From Bacteroidales bacterium (GTDB taxonomy: Bacteria; Bacteroidota; Bacteroidia; Bacteroidales; UBA4417): DNA of 42,586 nucleotides. The stretch covers positions 1 through 42,586 of the forward strand of contig DAONEL010000003.1 of NCBI GenBank assembly GCA_035403045.1. Direction: 5' to 3'. Positions 16,718-26,561 of this stretch are shown here, piece after piece (the first letter of the stretch is position 1; each line of letters starts with the position of its first letter). A program made the position numbers and the translations under genes. The notes under the pieces were generated by a model that saw nothing but the letters and a program-made list of their open reading frames with translations, searched no databases and was not told the DNA's origin.

Positions 16718-18532
16718 ATGCCATCAACAAGAGTCGATAGGATCCGGGAATATATAAATATCCGCTTGTACCGGCATAAAGCCTATGTTATTGGCATCAT
16801 GCAAATACTCAGCGTGTTTATAGCGCTGATTGCTGTTTCATCAATTATCTATTACTATGGTTTCCCTAAAACGTCCAGGAGCTATGAGCTCAATTACTGG
16901 GTAATGGAAGGAAGCTTTATTTTCTATTTTGTTAAATTCATGGTGAAGATCTTTTATGATTTCCACCCGATAGATTTTATCAAGAACAACTTGTTTGAGG
17001 CACTTATAATGCTTAGCCTTCTGCTTGACGGGCTTGGGTTACTGCTGTTCAGGGAGCATATAGTTATACTCTTATTCAACCTCATAGGTCTGCCCAAACT
17101 TTCGGAATACTTTATCGTATTCGTCCAGCTGTACTTTTTCGTTTTCGTCGCTGTGGAAGTGGGTAAGGCCAGCGAACACTTATCAATGATCAGAGTAGGC
17201 CCGTCCGCTATGCTTGCATTATCGTTTATTGTACTCATACTCAGCGGTGCCGGATTGCTTTTCCTCCCTGAAATGACATTCAAAGGCATTTCTTTCCTTG
17301 ATGCACTCTTTACTTCAACCAGTGCTTGTTGCGTAACCGGACTTACCGTAGTTGACACCGCTAACTGTTTTACCATTAAAGGTCAGATAATCATAATGTT
17401 GCTTATCCAGCTTGGTGGTATAAACATTATCTCATTCGCTGCTTTTTTTGCGACATTCTCAAAAAGTTCAGCAGGGTTGAGATACCAATCACTGATGAAA
17501 GAAGTGGTAGCCACAAACCGGCTGAGTGATACACGTTCAATGTTGAGAAGAATCATTTTTTACAGTTTATTCATTGAACTCATCGGTGCACTCTTAATAT
17601 TTATTAACTGGCCGGCAGAGTTAACATTCAGTGGGAGAGGGGGTAAGCTGTTTTTTTCGCTTTTCCATTCAATTTCAGCATACAACAATGCCGGTTTTGC
17701 CTTATTCACCGACAATCTGTATGACGTAGGTGTGCGCCATGCCTATAATATTCAACTAATAATTGCTACACTTATATTCCTGGGAGGTATCGGGATCATG
17801 GTGCTGGAGGATATTTTCAGCCTTTCGCGAATACGCGAGCGCTCCCAGCTGAAATGGAAAAAGCTGGCTGTCCATTCTAAGGTTGCGCTTTACACTTCTT
17901 TTGCACTCATTCTGGCTGGAACTGTCGTTTTCTATGTCATCGAAAGGAATAATACAATCAAGGACTATGATTATTATGGTGCAATAGTTGCATCCATTTT
18001 TCAATCGGTTACCTGCAGGACAGCCGGCTTCAATTCGGTGGATTTTTCTCACCTGGGTCAACCGGTGTTAATGTTTATGATCTTTCTGATGTTTATCGGG
18101 GCTTCACCTGCATCCACCGGAGGTGGCATCAAAACAACCACATTTGCAACGATTGTAGCATCAGCCTATGCCACTATCAGGGGAAAGAAAAATGTAGAAA
18201 TGCTCAAACACACCGTCTCATTCGAATTAATTGATAAATCATATTCTATCGCACTATTCTCGGTCTCCCTGATATTTATCTCCACGTTTTTCCTATCGAT
18301 AACCGATAGCAACCAACCTTTCCTGAAATTAATCTTCGAAGAAGTATCGGCATTTGGTACTGTTGGACTTTCAACAGGGATTACACCGTTTCTCTCAAGT
18401 GCAGGCAAACTTATACTGATTGTCACGATGTATGTTGGAAGAATCGGAACACTTACTCTGGCGCTTGCATTGATGCGGAAAGTGAGTTATTCAAACTACA
18501 AATACGCGCAAATCTCACTTCTGGTTGGTTGA
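16718..18532 (+). CDS. trkH: TrkH/KtrB-family potassium transporter with an N-terminal extension of about 145 aa (4 TM)
   Basis: 604-aa ORF. The KtrB-like core starts near residue 158 (GPSAMLALSFIVLILSGAGLLFLP, TSACCVTGLTVVD, IQLGGINI, SAYNNAGFALF, TCRTAGFNSVD, GASPASTGGGIKTTT, SAFGTVGLSTG). The start is 16 nt after the trkA stop. Confidence 0.92.
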   Translation: MPSTRVDRIREYINIRLYRHKAYVIGIMQILSVFIALIAVSSIIYYYGFPKTSRSYELNYWVMEGSFIFYFVKFMVKIFYDFHPIDFIKNNLFEALIMLSLLLDGLGLLLFREHIVILLFNLIGLPKLSEYFIVFVQLYFFVFVAVEVGKASEHLSMIRVGPSAMLALSFIVLILSGAGLLFLPEMTFKGISFLDALFTSTSACCVTGLTVVDTANCFTIKGQIIIMLLIQLGGINIISFAAFFATFSKSSAGLRYQSLMKEVVATNRLSDTRSMLRRIIFYSLFIELIGALLIFINWPAELTFSGRGGKLFFSLFHSISAYNNAGFALFTDNLYDVGVRHAYNIQLIIATLIFLGGIGIMVLEDIFSLSRIRERSQLKWKKLAVHSKVALYTSFALILAGTVVFYVIERNNTIKDYDYYGAIVASIFQSVTCRTAGFNSVDFSHLGQPVLMFMIFLMFIGASPASTGGGIKTTTFATIVASAYATIRGKKNVEMLKHTVSFELIDKSYSIALFSVSLIFISTFFLSITDSNQPFLKLIFEEVSAFGTVGLSTGITPFLSSAGKLILIVTMYVGRIGTLTLALALMRKVSYSNYKYAQISLLVG

Positions 18533-18550
18533 TTATCAATCACACAAAAT

Positions 18551-18582
18551 AAAAAAAAGAAGCCGAGTCGGCTTCTTTTTTT
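18551..18582. terminator. Bidirectional intrinsic terminator after trkH
   Basis: A8 run, GAAGCCG (18559-18565), loop AGT, CGGCTTC (18569-18575), then T7 (18576-18582). Confidence 0.75.
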
Positions 18583-18712
18583 ATGGCTGTTTTTTAATTA
18601 ATAAATCGATATTATTGTTGCTAAAATGAACAACGGGACTAAAGTACAATGATTTGGTTCGATTCTTAGTTTTTATTTGTTAAAAGATGTTAAGGAATTG
18701 CATGGATACTGA

Positions 18713-19039
18713 TCAGTCATCCCTTTCGCGATCGTTTTCCTGTTCTTTCTCTTCTTCGTTGCCTGCTTCTTCCGTCTCCTTCATATCAACTGATTCTGCA
18801 AAGAAATCCTCATCATCTTTATCAGATTTCTGATCAATCTTAACAGGTACTTTAATCAGGTAACTTATTTCATCGGTATCAAGGGTGATTGCATGGAAAT
18901 ATGAATCACCGGCACCCTTGACTTTAATCATATGATTTACCCATCCGAGCGGGTATTTTTTAAGAATGGCCTCTTTCAATTCGGCTGTTAGATTCTGATA
19001 ACTAACAATCAGTTTCTTCTTCGCAGTCTGATTACTCAT
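18713..19039 (-). CDS. Hypothetical protein with acidic C-terminal tail
   Basis: 108-aa ORF. A minus-strand exact TAnnTTTG box lies at 19068-19075. The C-terminus is Glu/Asp-rich (EEAGNEEEKEQENDRERDD). I do not recognise a family. Confidence 0.6.
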   Translation of the reverse strand: MSNQTAKKKLIVSYQNLTAELKEAILKKYPLGWVNHMIKVKGAGDSYFHAITLDTDEISYLIKVPVKIDQKSDKDDEDFFAESVDMKETEEAGNEEEKEQENDRERDD

Positions 19040-19067
19040 GTTTCAATCAATTTTCGGGGCAATTATA

Positions 19068-19075
19068 CAAAAGTA
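19068..19075 (-). promoter_or_regulatory. -7 box TACTTTTG for the 108-aa ORF
   Basis: The forward strand reads CAAAAGTA, an exact TAnnTTTG on the minus strand 29 nt upstream of the start at 19039. Confidence 0.45.
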
Positions 19076-19127
19076 TTTTTGAAAACAATAAGGTTTTTTG
19101 TTAATTCATTTTAAATAGAGCAGAAAT

Positions 19128-21155
19128 TTAGGATAATCTCTCCAGGATCAATGCAGTTCGGTTTGGTAAATAGACCTTGAGTTTGTAACAGGAGAACAGC
19201 GGGTCAAATACAGCATGGTGAATTGTCGCGTCGTCAATGCGGCCATGGCCGCCATGTTTCCTGCTGTCGCTGTTTAGCAATATAGCGTATGTACCCGGTT
19301 CCGGAACAGTGAATTCATAATCCGGGATGGAATTCGTCGTATGAAAATTAAAAAGAAACAACAGTCCGCCACGTTCATAGATAATGCATTTGTTGGCCTC
19401 ATCCATATTCAATTGGCGGGCATATCCTGCTGACATAATCTTATGGCCCCTGATAATTCCTATCATTTCACGATCAAAATCAGCCAGGAAATGGTATTTC
19501 AGCGATTCATCATCAACCAGAGACCACTGGCGTCTTGCATATTTATAACTCCAGTCGTTGCCAAGCCTCGGGAAATCAATCCATTCAGGATGACCAAACT
19601 CATTTCCCATAAAATTTAACCATGCTTGTCCACCAAGTGAAATTGAAAACAGCCTGATCATTTTATGCAACGCCATGCCCCGGTCAATGATCAGGTTGTT
19701 GTCAGTTACCCGCATGTTAAAATACATCTCTTTATCCATCAACCTGAATGCCAATGTTTTATCTCCCACCAATGCCTGGTCGTGCGATTCGCAATAGGCT
19801 ACAGTCCTCACAAATGGAAGCCTGTCGTTTAGCGTATTCCACATTTCATATATATTCCAGTCTTCATCCTGAGTATCTTTCAGGTATTTGATCCAGAAGT
19901 CGGGGATACCCATACCAAGGCGATAGGTGAATCCAATTCCTCCATCCGCAATAGGTGCCGTAAGTCCGGGCATACCAGTGACATCTTCAGCAATAGATAC
20001 TGCAGTCGGCTTTACCTTCTTAATAAGGTAGTTAGCAAGTTGCAGGTACCTCACAGCATCCCATTCGACACCCTGATTGAAATACTTGTCGGGGCTGTCG
20101 ATGGTTTCATTGCCATGGTGGAAATAAAGCATTGAACCAACTCCATCGAACCGGAATCCGTCAAAATGAAATTCCTGAAGCCAGAATTTAACATTTGACA
20201 GCAGGAAGCGAAGCACCTCGGTCTTTCCATAGTCAAAAAGCTTTGAATCCCAGTCAGGGTGCTCACCCCTGGGACCCGGATGAAAATATTGCGTTTCGGT
20301 ACCGTCAAACAGGTTAAGACCTTCGTTAATATTCTTAACAGTATGAGAATGAACAATGTCCATAATCACGGCAATTCCCATGCTATGTGCGGTCTTGATA
20401 AGGGTTTTCAGCTCTTCGGGCGTACCAAAACGGGATGAAGGGGCAAAGAAATTCGCTACGTGATAGCCAAAGGATCCATAATACGGATGTTCCTGCACAG
20501 CCATGAGTTGAACGGCATTATATCCGGCTTTCTTTATGCGGGGCAGAACATTCTGTGTGAATTCACTGTAAGTACCGATCCCTTCCTTTTCCTGGGCCAT
20601 TCCTACATGCGCTTCATAGATAAAGAGGTCACGGGTCATATCTGTTTTAAAATTATCACCCGACCAGTCGAACCGTTTAGGGAACCAGATTTGCCCTGTA
20701 AAATCTTTGGTTTGCTCATCCTGCACAACCCTGCGAATATACGCAGGTATCCGCTTCTGCAAGCCAAGGTCGCTCATTACAACTACTTTTATGAAACTTC
20801 CATGCTTAAGGCGGTCTTTATAGGTCTCATAATCGAGAAATATTTCCCAGACTCCATATTCTATGCGGCACATGGGATGAGAGGTTTCGTGCCAGTGATT
20901 AAAATCGCCTGTAAGGTATAACTGACGTGCACCAGGAGCCCATTCTCGGTAAACAAAACGGTTATTCTTTTTATCGATATGAAATCCAAAATATTCGTAG
21001 CCTGAAGCAAATTTCACTAAACTGCCGAAATCAGCCTCAATTGAATTCAATCTGGCTTCAAAATAGTCAATCCTGTTGATAACATCCTGTGTATTTGGCG
21101 TTAACCAAGGATCGGCTTTTACTAATCGGGGAATCCTGGAAGTTTGTCTGGCCAT
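19128..21155 (-). CDS. glgB: 1,4-alpha-glucan branching enzyme (GH13, eukaryote-like type)
   Basis: 675-aa ORF. GH13 conserved regions VIMDIVHSH, GFRFDGV, IAEDVTG and CESHDQ. The N-terminal CBM48-like region contains EWAPGA. Confidence 0.93.
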   Translation of the reverse strand: MARQTSRIPRLVKADPWLTPNTQDVINRIDYFEARLNSIEADFGSLVKFASGYEYFGFHIDKKNNRFVYREWAPGARQLYLTGDFNHWHETSHPMCRIEYGVWEIFLDYETYKDRLKHGSFIKVVVMSDLGLQKRIPAYIRRVVQDEQTKDFTGQIWFPKRFDWSGDNFKTDMTRDLFIYEAHVGMAQEKEGIGTYSEFTQNVLPRIKKAGYNAVQLMAVQEHPYYGSFGYHVANFFAPSSRFGTPEELKTLIKTAHSMGIAVIMDIVHSHTVKNINEGLNLFDGTETQYFHPGPRGEHPDWDSKLFDYGKTEVLRFLLSNVKFWLQEFHFDGFRFDGVGSMLYFHHGNETIDSPDKYFNQGVEWDAVRYLQLANYLIKKVKPTAVSIAEDVTGMPGLTAPIADGGIGFTYRLGMGIPDFWIKYLKDTQDEDWNIYEMWNTLNDRLPFVRTVAYCESHDQALVGDKTLAFRLMDKEMYFNMRVTDNNLIIDRGMALHKMIRLFSISLGGQAWLNFMGNEFGHPEWIDFPRLGNDWSYKYARRQWSLVDDESLKYHFLADFDREMIGIIRGHKIMSAGYARQLNMDEANKCIIYERGGLLFLFNFHTTNSIPDYEFTVPEPGTYAILLNSDSRKHGGHGRIDDATIHHAVFDPLFSCYKLKVYLPNRTALILERLS

Positions 21156-21175
21156 AACTCAACATTTATGAAAAG

Positions 21176-21183
21176 CAAACGTA
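21176..21183 (-). promoter_or_regulatory. -7 box TACGTTTG for glgB
   Basis: The forward strand reads CAAACGTA, an exact TAnnTTTG on the minus strand 21 nt upstream of the start at 21155. Confidence 0.45.
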
Positions 21184-21310
21184 AGAATAAATTACAGAAT
21201 AAAGATATTATGAGTAAATCTAAAATGGATAGCTGCAAGGTAGATTTCTGCAATGTTCAAAACAGAATAACAGAATTACGCTAGGGGAGAGGTTAATATG
21301 AAGTAAAAGC

Positions 21311-22318
21311 CTATTTCAGAGGTACATAAATATTGGTTTGCCATTTTGAAGAATCCTTTTCAACGGATGAGTCAGTAATATATTCTTCCATGACAGGTGT
21401 GCCTGTTTGTAACTTATTTTCAACTGCATAAGTCTCAAGATCATTATAAGCCTGAACGATGCCTTTGTAATTACCTGTATATATTGTACTTAATACATGA
21501 CGCCGGGGAAATTCGCGAAATATAATTGTAGAGTCCTGCAGCAGCAATAGCTTGTTGATTTTTATACCAGCCTCAAAATCAATCAATTCAGGTGTAACTG
21601 TATAATACATTGCATATGGCGCTCCTGTAACTTGTAGCTTTCTTAATTTTATTATGTTAAATAACTTTTTATAAATTGCAGCAAGTTTGGCGCTAATTGT
21701 CTGATAATTAGAAGTGTCGCGAACTGCAATTGTAATACAGGCAGGAATGTCCGTTTCAAATATGTTTGAAACAGACATGTTTTTCGGTAATGAACCGAGG
21801 TAGTATTGAAGATTCATCAGGCTTTTGTCAAAATCATTTCCAGCAAATTTGTTAAATAATAAGCCTAAATAACGATTTACGGGGTTATAACCGAGGTCGC
21901 TGGTCATTTGAAAAGTTACAAAGGTTTCGTTCCCTGACTTCGTGAGCGTGAATTTTCCCAGGGCATTTCCACGATCCCCGAAATTCATGCTAAAAATCAC
22001 TGAATCATAAGGATAACTATTAACAATTAAAATCGCACCATTGCCAATTTTGTCACTCTGGCTTGTCCAGGTAAACGATGCATTGGCGCCTTTTTCGGGG
22101 CCTGAATAATCAATCGTGACAGATTGACTGAGTTTACTCCAAGGTGACCAGTTTTCCCAGTTTTTTATGATATTCATCTGGTCAAAAACCTGGCGAGGTT
22201 GAGCATGAATCAGCATTGACCGTGAAACCAAAGCTGTACGGGGCAAAAGAAAACCAATCCCAAATGCTGATACGACAATAATGAGAATTATCAAAAGTAT
22301 TGCCTTCAAAGTTCTCAT
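21311..22318 (-). CDS. Membrane-anchored SRPBCC-domain plus GyrI-like (AraC effector-binding-like) domain protein
   Basis: The ORF frame spans 21311-22360. I chose M15 (22318), which gives the TM anchor MRTLKAILLIILIIVVSAFGIGFLL. The N-terminal half looks like a polyketide-cyclase/SRPBCC fold and the C-terminal half is GyrI-like. Confidence 0.7.
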   Translation of the reverse strand: MRTLKAILLIILIIVVSAFGIGFLLPRTALVSRSMLIHAQPRQVFDQMNIIKNWENWSPWSKLSQSVTIDYSGPEKGANASFTWTSQSDKIGNGAILIVNSYPYDSVIFSMNFGDRGNALGKFTLTKSGNETFVTFQMTSDLGYNPVNRYLGLLFNKFAGNDFDKSLMNLQYYLGSLPKNMSVSNIFETDIPACITIAVRDTSNYQTISAKLAAIYKKLFNIIKLRKLQVTGAPYAMYYTVTPELIDFEAGIKINKLLLLQDSTIIFREFPRRHVLSTIYTGNYKGIVQAYNDLETYAVENKLQTGTPVMEEYITDSSVEKDSSKWQTNIYVPLK

Positions 22319-22431
22319 AAAGGATTTTTCAATAAAAGTAATTGAAATTGGCAGAACCACATGGTAAGTCTCGTAAAAATGAAATATAAAATATTCTTAT
22401 AATTTATATTATGTTAAATATAAATTTAACA

Positions 22432-22457
22432 AACAAAGGCTCTCGCGAGCCTTTGTT
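22432..22457 (-). terminator. Hairpin downstream of the TPR gene
   Basis: AACAAAGGCTC (22432-22442), loop TCGC, GAGCCTTTGTT (22447-22457). This is an 11-bp perfect stem with a weak U-tract. Confidence 0.45.
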
Positions 22458-22463
22458 ATAAGT

Positions 22464-23633
22464 TTACTGATTCAATTTATCATTGATTTCTTTAAGTTTA
22501 TCATACATAGCCAACCTTGTATAAACTTCCTTGAGCGAAAGTAATGTGTCCCTGTCGCCGGTTTTAACTTGTTCGGCTTTTTCAAGGTAAGGCAGCGCTT
22601 TGTTAAGGAAATCTTTTCCTTCAGCTTCAAGTGCTTCATAGCGATTGTCGCCAAGAGGCAGCCTGTTAGCTTCATTAATCAGATCTCCGCCCTTATTAAA
22701 ATATACAGCACCTATGTTGAAAAGAGCATCAAAATAAGTTGGATCAAGATCAATGGTTTCCTGGTATGCTTTGACTGCATTATCAAAATAGATTTTGCGA
22801 TCAGAAGCCGGCAGCGTCGTATCATTCTTTAACATATCATAGGTAACACCAACAGCAAATGCAATCGATTTGTTTTGAGGATCCTTCTCTTTGGCTACTG
22901 ACAAACTCTGCAAAGCTTTTTGATGCTGTTTGGTTTTGATATAAAAATTGGCCGTATTGAGGATCATGTCAAAATTTCCAGGGAACTTATCCAGTCCTTC
23001 CTGAAGGATTTTGTCGGCTTTGTCAACCATATTCTTTTCAAGATAAACATTTGCCAAAGAGCTATAAATACTGGGCTCCTTCATTTGAATCTGGATAAGT
23101 TTCTCGTAAGTAGCCATAGCATTATCGTAATCCAGCAGTTTTTCATAACAAAGGGCAGTACCGTATATGCCAAGCGTATCAGTACTATGGTTCTCCTCTC
23201 CTATTTTAGCGGCCTGCTTAAACTGAGTGAGTGCATCGGCGAAATTGTTTTCCTTGAAGAAATCGGCACCGGCATTGAAGAATTGGCCTCCGAGTGTAAG
23301 CATACGTATCATGAGTTCTGACTTGAACTCACCTTTGGTATCAAGTTCCTGGGCTTTTTTCATTTCATCATAAGCAGTTTGTAATGCATTGGGAGCCAGG
23401 GTTTTCAAGTCTGGTTTGAAATGAATATCGAGATAGATAGCACCACAATAGTAGTGTACTTTTGCATCGGTAGAAGCTTCCGGATAGGCAATTGCCTTGT
23501 CGATATATTCCTTTGCCTTGGTCAGGTCACCTTTCTGCCAGTAATTATAGGCAGAAGTCCGGTCTTTCTTGAACTGAGCAAAAGTTATTCCGGTCACTAA
23601 AACCAAGGCCAGCAGAAGAATGGTCTTTTTCAT
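22464..23633 (-). CDS. Secreted tetratricopeptide (TPR) repeat protein
   Basis: The ORF frame extends to 23696. A -7 box at 23694-23701 overlaps that start, so I chose M22 (23633), which gives the signal peptide MKKTILLLALVLVTGITFAQ. The protein contains multiple TPR-like repeats. Confidence 0.8.
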   Translation of the reverse strand: MKKTILLLALVLVTGITFAQFKKDRTSAYNYWQKGDLTKAKEYIDKAIAYPEASTDAKVHYYCGAIYLDIHFKPDLKTLAPNALQTAYDEMKKAQELDTKGEFKSELMIRMLTLGGQFFNAGADFFKENNFADALTQFKQAAKIGEENHSTDTLGIYGTALCYEKLLDYDNAMATYEKLIQIQMKEPSIYSSLANVYLEKNMVDKADKILQEGLDKFPGNFDMILNTANFYIKTKQHQKALQSLSVAKEKDPQNKSIAFAVGVTYDMLKNDTTLPASDRKIYFDNAVKAYQETIDLDPTYFDALFNIGAVYFNKGGDLINEANRLPLGDNRYEALEAEGKDFLNKALPYLEKAEQVKTGDRDTLLSLKEVYTRLAMYDKLKEINDKLNQ

Positions 23634-23693
23634 TGTAATTTCAATTTTAAGGGGTTTATTTGCGATTGACTTTAATTTTTTTTGAATTCTGGG

Positions 23694-23701
23694 CAAAGGT
23701 A
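23694..23701 (-). promoter_or_regulatory. -7 box TACCTTTG for the TPR gene
   Basis: The forward strand reads CAAAGGTA, an exact TAnnTTTG on the minus strand. Confidence 0.4.
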
Positions 23702-23733
23702 AGTAGTTTGAGTTGGTTACAGATTCGAATTTA

Positions 23734-26289
23734 TTAGTTTTCGTCGTTTTCAGCAGTGCTTTCTACATCATTTTCATCAATTTCCAGGGGTGCATTGGTC
23801 TCTTCTGATTCATCACCCAGGTCTTCAATTCCTTCTTCTTCATAGACTTCTACCTTAGCTACGGCTGCAATAGAGTCGCTATCCTTCAGATTAATGAGCC
23901 TGACACCCTGTGTTGCTCTTCCCATGATCCTCAGATCGCCGATTGCCATGCGGATAATAATTCCGGACCGGTTGATGATCATCAGGTCGTCGCTGTCAGT
24001 TACATCCTTTATTGCGATCAGTTTTCCGGTTTTATCGGTGATATTAATTGTTTTAACACCTTTTCCGCCTCTGTTTGTTACCCGGTAATCTTCGAGCGAC
24101 GACCGTTTACCATATCCATTCTCTGAAACAACCAGGATGTTTGCATTTTCATTATCAACACATATCATGCCAATTACTTCATCGGTTTTACCTGCAAGTC
24201 GTATACCCCTTACCCCTGTAGCGTTCCGGCCCATTGGCCTCACTGTGGTTTCATTGAAACGAATTGCCCTTCCCGATCTCAGTGCCATTAAAATTTCACT
24301 CCTGCCATCCGTAAGCCTGGCTTCAAGCAGGCAATCACCTTCAGCAATGTTAATGGCATTAATTCCGTTGGCACGAGGCCGTGAGTAGGCTTCGAGCGAA
24401 GTCTTTTTAATTGTTCCCTGCTTGGTACAGAGAATAATGAAGTTGTTATTAACGTATTCCTCGTCTTTCAGGTCTTTCAGGTTAATTACAGCCCTTACTT
24501 TATCATCAGGCTCAATGTTCAGAATATTCTGAATCGCCCTGCCTTTTGAGGCCTTGCCACCTTCTGGTATTTCAAAAGCTCTGAGCCAGAAGCATTTACC
24601 TTTTTCAGTAAAAAACAGGAGATAATTGTGTGCGGTAGCTATATAAAGGTGTTCAAGAAAATCCTCGTCCCTGATATCTGACCCCCTGGCTCCTCTCCCG
24701 CCCCTGTTCTGACGCCTGTATTCAGCCAGCATGGTACGTTTTATATAGCCCATGTGAGAAATTGTGATCACCACGCTTTCATCAGCAATGGTATCTTCAA
24801 TCCTGAAATCTTTGGCAGTATATTCAACTCTTGTGCGTGGCTCGTCGCCATATTTTTCCTTAATCTCCAGGAGTTCCTCCTTGATAATCTGCATCCTGAG
24901 AGACTCATCGGCCAGAATATCTTTAAGATGCTGAATCAGTTTCAGCAACTCGGCATATTCCTCTTTGATTTTATCACGTTCAAGGCCGGTAAGCCGCTGT
25001 AAACGCATATCAAGTATGGCTTTTGCCTGAATCTCTGTCAGACCGAAGCGTTCCATCAATCCGTTCTTGGCATCTTCAGGAGTAACTGATGCCCTGATGA
25101 GGGCGATCACTTCATCAAGATGATCAAGCGCAATGAGCAAGCCTTCAAGTATATGGGCTCTTTTTTCGGCTTCACGTAATTCAAATTGCGTACGGCGGAT
25201 AACTACTTCATGGCGATGCTCAACAAACCGGGCAATAAGTTGCTTAAGATTAAGCTGCACAGGCCTGCCTTTAACAAGGGCAATGTTATTAACCGAAAAT
25301 GAAGTTTGAAGCGGGGTATACTGGTATAGTTTATTGAGAACTATATTGGTGATCGCATCGCGTTTAAGTTCATAAACTATCCTCAAACCGTTTCTGTCAC
25401 TTTCGTCACGTATATCCGAGATACCTTCAATCTTCTTTTCATTGACAAGGTCAGCTGTTTTCTTTATCATTTCAGCTTTGTTGACCTGGTATGGGATTGA
25501 AGTTGCGACAATACTTTCGCGTCCTTTTTCGTCAGTTTCAGTTGTAGTTTCACCACGGATTACAAGTCGGCCGCGCCCGGTCTCAAAAGCATCGCGGACT
25601 CCGTCGTAGCCATAAATCACTCCGCCGGTCGGAAAATCAGGAGCTTTAATATACTCCATTAATCCCTCTACAGAAATTTCATGATCGTCAATATATGCAA
25701 TTGTACCATCAATAACCTGGCTGAGATTATGGGGTGCGATATTTGTTGCCATCCCTACTGCGATACCCGATGAGCCGTTAATCAGCAGATTGGGCACCTT
25801 TGAGGGCAGAACTGTCGGTTCTTCAAGTGAGTCGTCGAAATTTAACTTGAAATCAACGGTATCTTTATCAATGTCTGACAACATTTCTTCGGCAAGCTTC
25901 TTAAGCCTGGCCTCGGTATACCTCATGGCTGCAGGGCTATCTCCATCAATTGACCCAAAATTGCCTTGTCCGTCAATGAGCGGGTAACGCAGTGACCAGT
26001 CCTGTGCCATACGAACCATGGCATCATAAACCGAAGAGTCTCCGTGAGGATGATATTTACCAAGCACCTCCCCTACTATACGAGCTGACTTTTTATATGG
26101 CCTGTTTGACAAAACTCCCAGATCAAGCATCCCAAACAATACCCTGCGGTGAACTGGTTTTAAACCGTCACGGGCATCAGGCAATGCCCGCGACACAATG
26201 ACCGACATTGAATAATCAATGTAGGCCGATTTCATCTGGTTTTCTATATTGACTTGAACAATTTTTTCGCCTTCTTCGTTGTAATCCAT
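23734..26289 (-). CDS. gyrA: DNA gyrase subunit A
   Basis: 851-aa [14 protein letters not shown], active-site region [11 protein letters not shown]-terminal beta-pinwheel repeats and an acidic tail. Confidence 0.98.
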   Translation of the reverse strand: MDYNEEGEKIVQVNIENQMKSAYIDYSMSVIVSRALPDARDGLKPVHRRVLFGMLDLGVLSNRPYKKSARIVGEVLGKYHPHGDSSVYDAMVRMAQDWSLRYPLIDGQGNFGSIDGDSPAAMRYTEARLKKLAEEMLSDIDKDTVDFKLNFDDSLEEPTVLPSKVPNLLINGSSGIAVGMATNIAPHNLSQVIDGTIAYIDDHEISVEGLMEYIKAPDFPTGGVIYGYDGVRDAFETGRGRLVIRGETTTETDEKGRESIVATSIPYQVNKAEMIKKTADLVNEKKIEGISDIRDESDRNGLRIVYELKRDAITNIVLNKLYQYTPLQTSFSVNNIALVKGRPVQLNLKQLIARFVEHRHEVVIRRTQFELREAEKRAHILEGLLIALDHLDEVIALIRASVTPEDAKNGLMERFGLTEIQAKAILDMRLQRLTGLERDKIKEEYAELLKLIQHLKDILADESLRMQIIKEELLEIKEKYGDEPRTRVEYTAKDFRIEDTIADESVVITISHMGYIKRTMLAEYRRQNRGGRGARGSDIRDEDFLEHLYIATAHNYLLFFTEKGKCFWLRAFEIPEGGKASKGRAIQNILNIEPDDKVRAVINLKDLKDEEYVNNNFIILCTKQGTIKKTSLEAYSRPRANGINAINIAEGDCLLEARLTDGRSEILMALRSGRAIRFNETTVRPMGRNATGVRGIRLAGKTDEVIGMICVDNENANILVVSENGYGKRSSLEDYRVTNRGGKGVKTINITDKTGKLIAIKDVTDSDDLMIINRSGIIIRMAIGDLRIMGRATQGVRLINLKDSDSIAAVAKVEVYEEEGIEDLGDESEETNAPLEIDENDVESTAENDEN

Positions 26290-26498
26290 TTCGTAATAAT
26301 CACATTATTAATCACTTATGTTCATTCGAACAATTGTACGAAGGTAATCATTTTAATGATATGAGCTAGTTTTATTTGCAGTCGTTTTATGCCATCTTAC
26401 TAACATTCACGTGTTAAAAAGACTATGGCATATTAATTGATCAGGTCGTAGATTGAAAGTAATTTTGAAACTGTAAACATATCTGCCTGTTTTAGTGC

Positions 26499-26506
26499 TA
26501 ATTTTG
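26499..26506 (+). promoter_or_regulatory. -7 box TAATTTTG for clpC (second identical box at 26460-26467)
   Basis: Two exact TAnnTTTG matches, 56 and 95 nt upstream of the ATG at 26562. Confidence 0.45.
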
Positions 26507-26561
26507 AATGAGAAATGAGAATTAACGCCCGCTGCAGGTGGCTAGTAATAAGGAGTAACGG

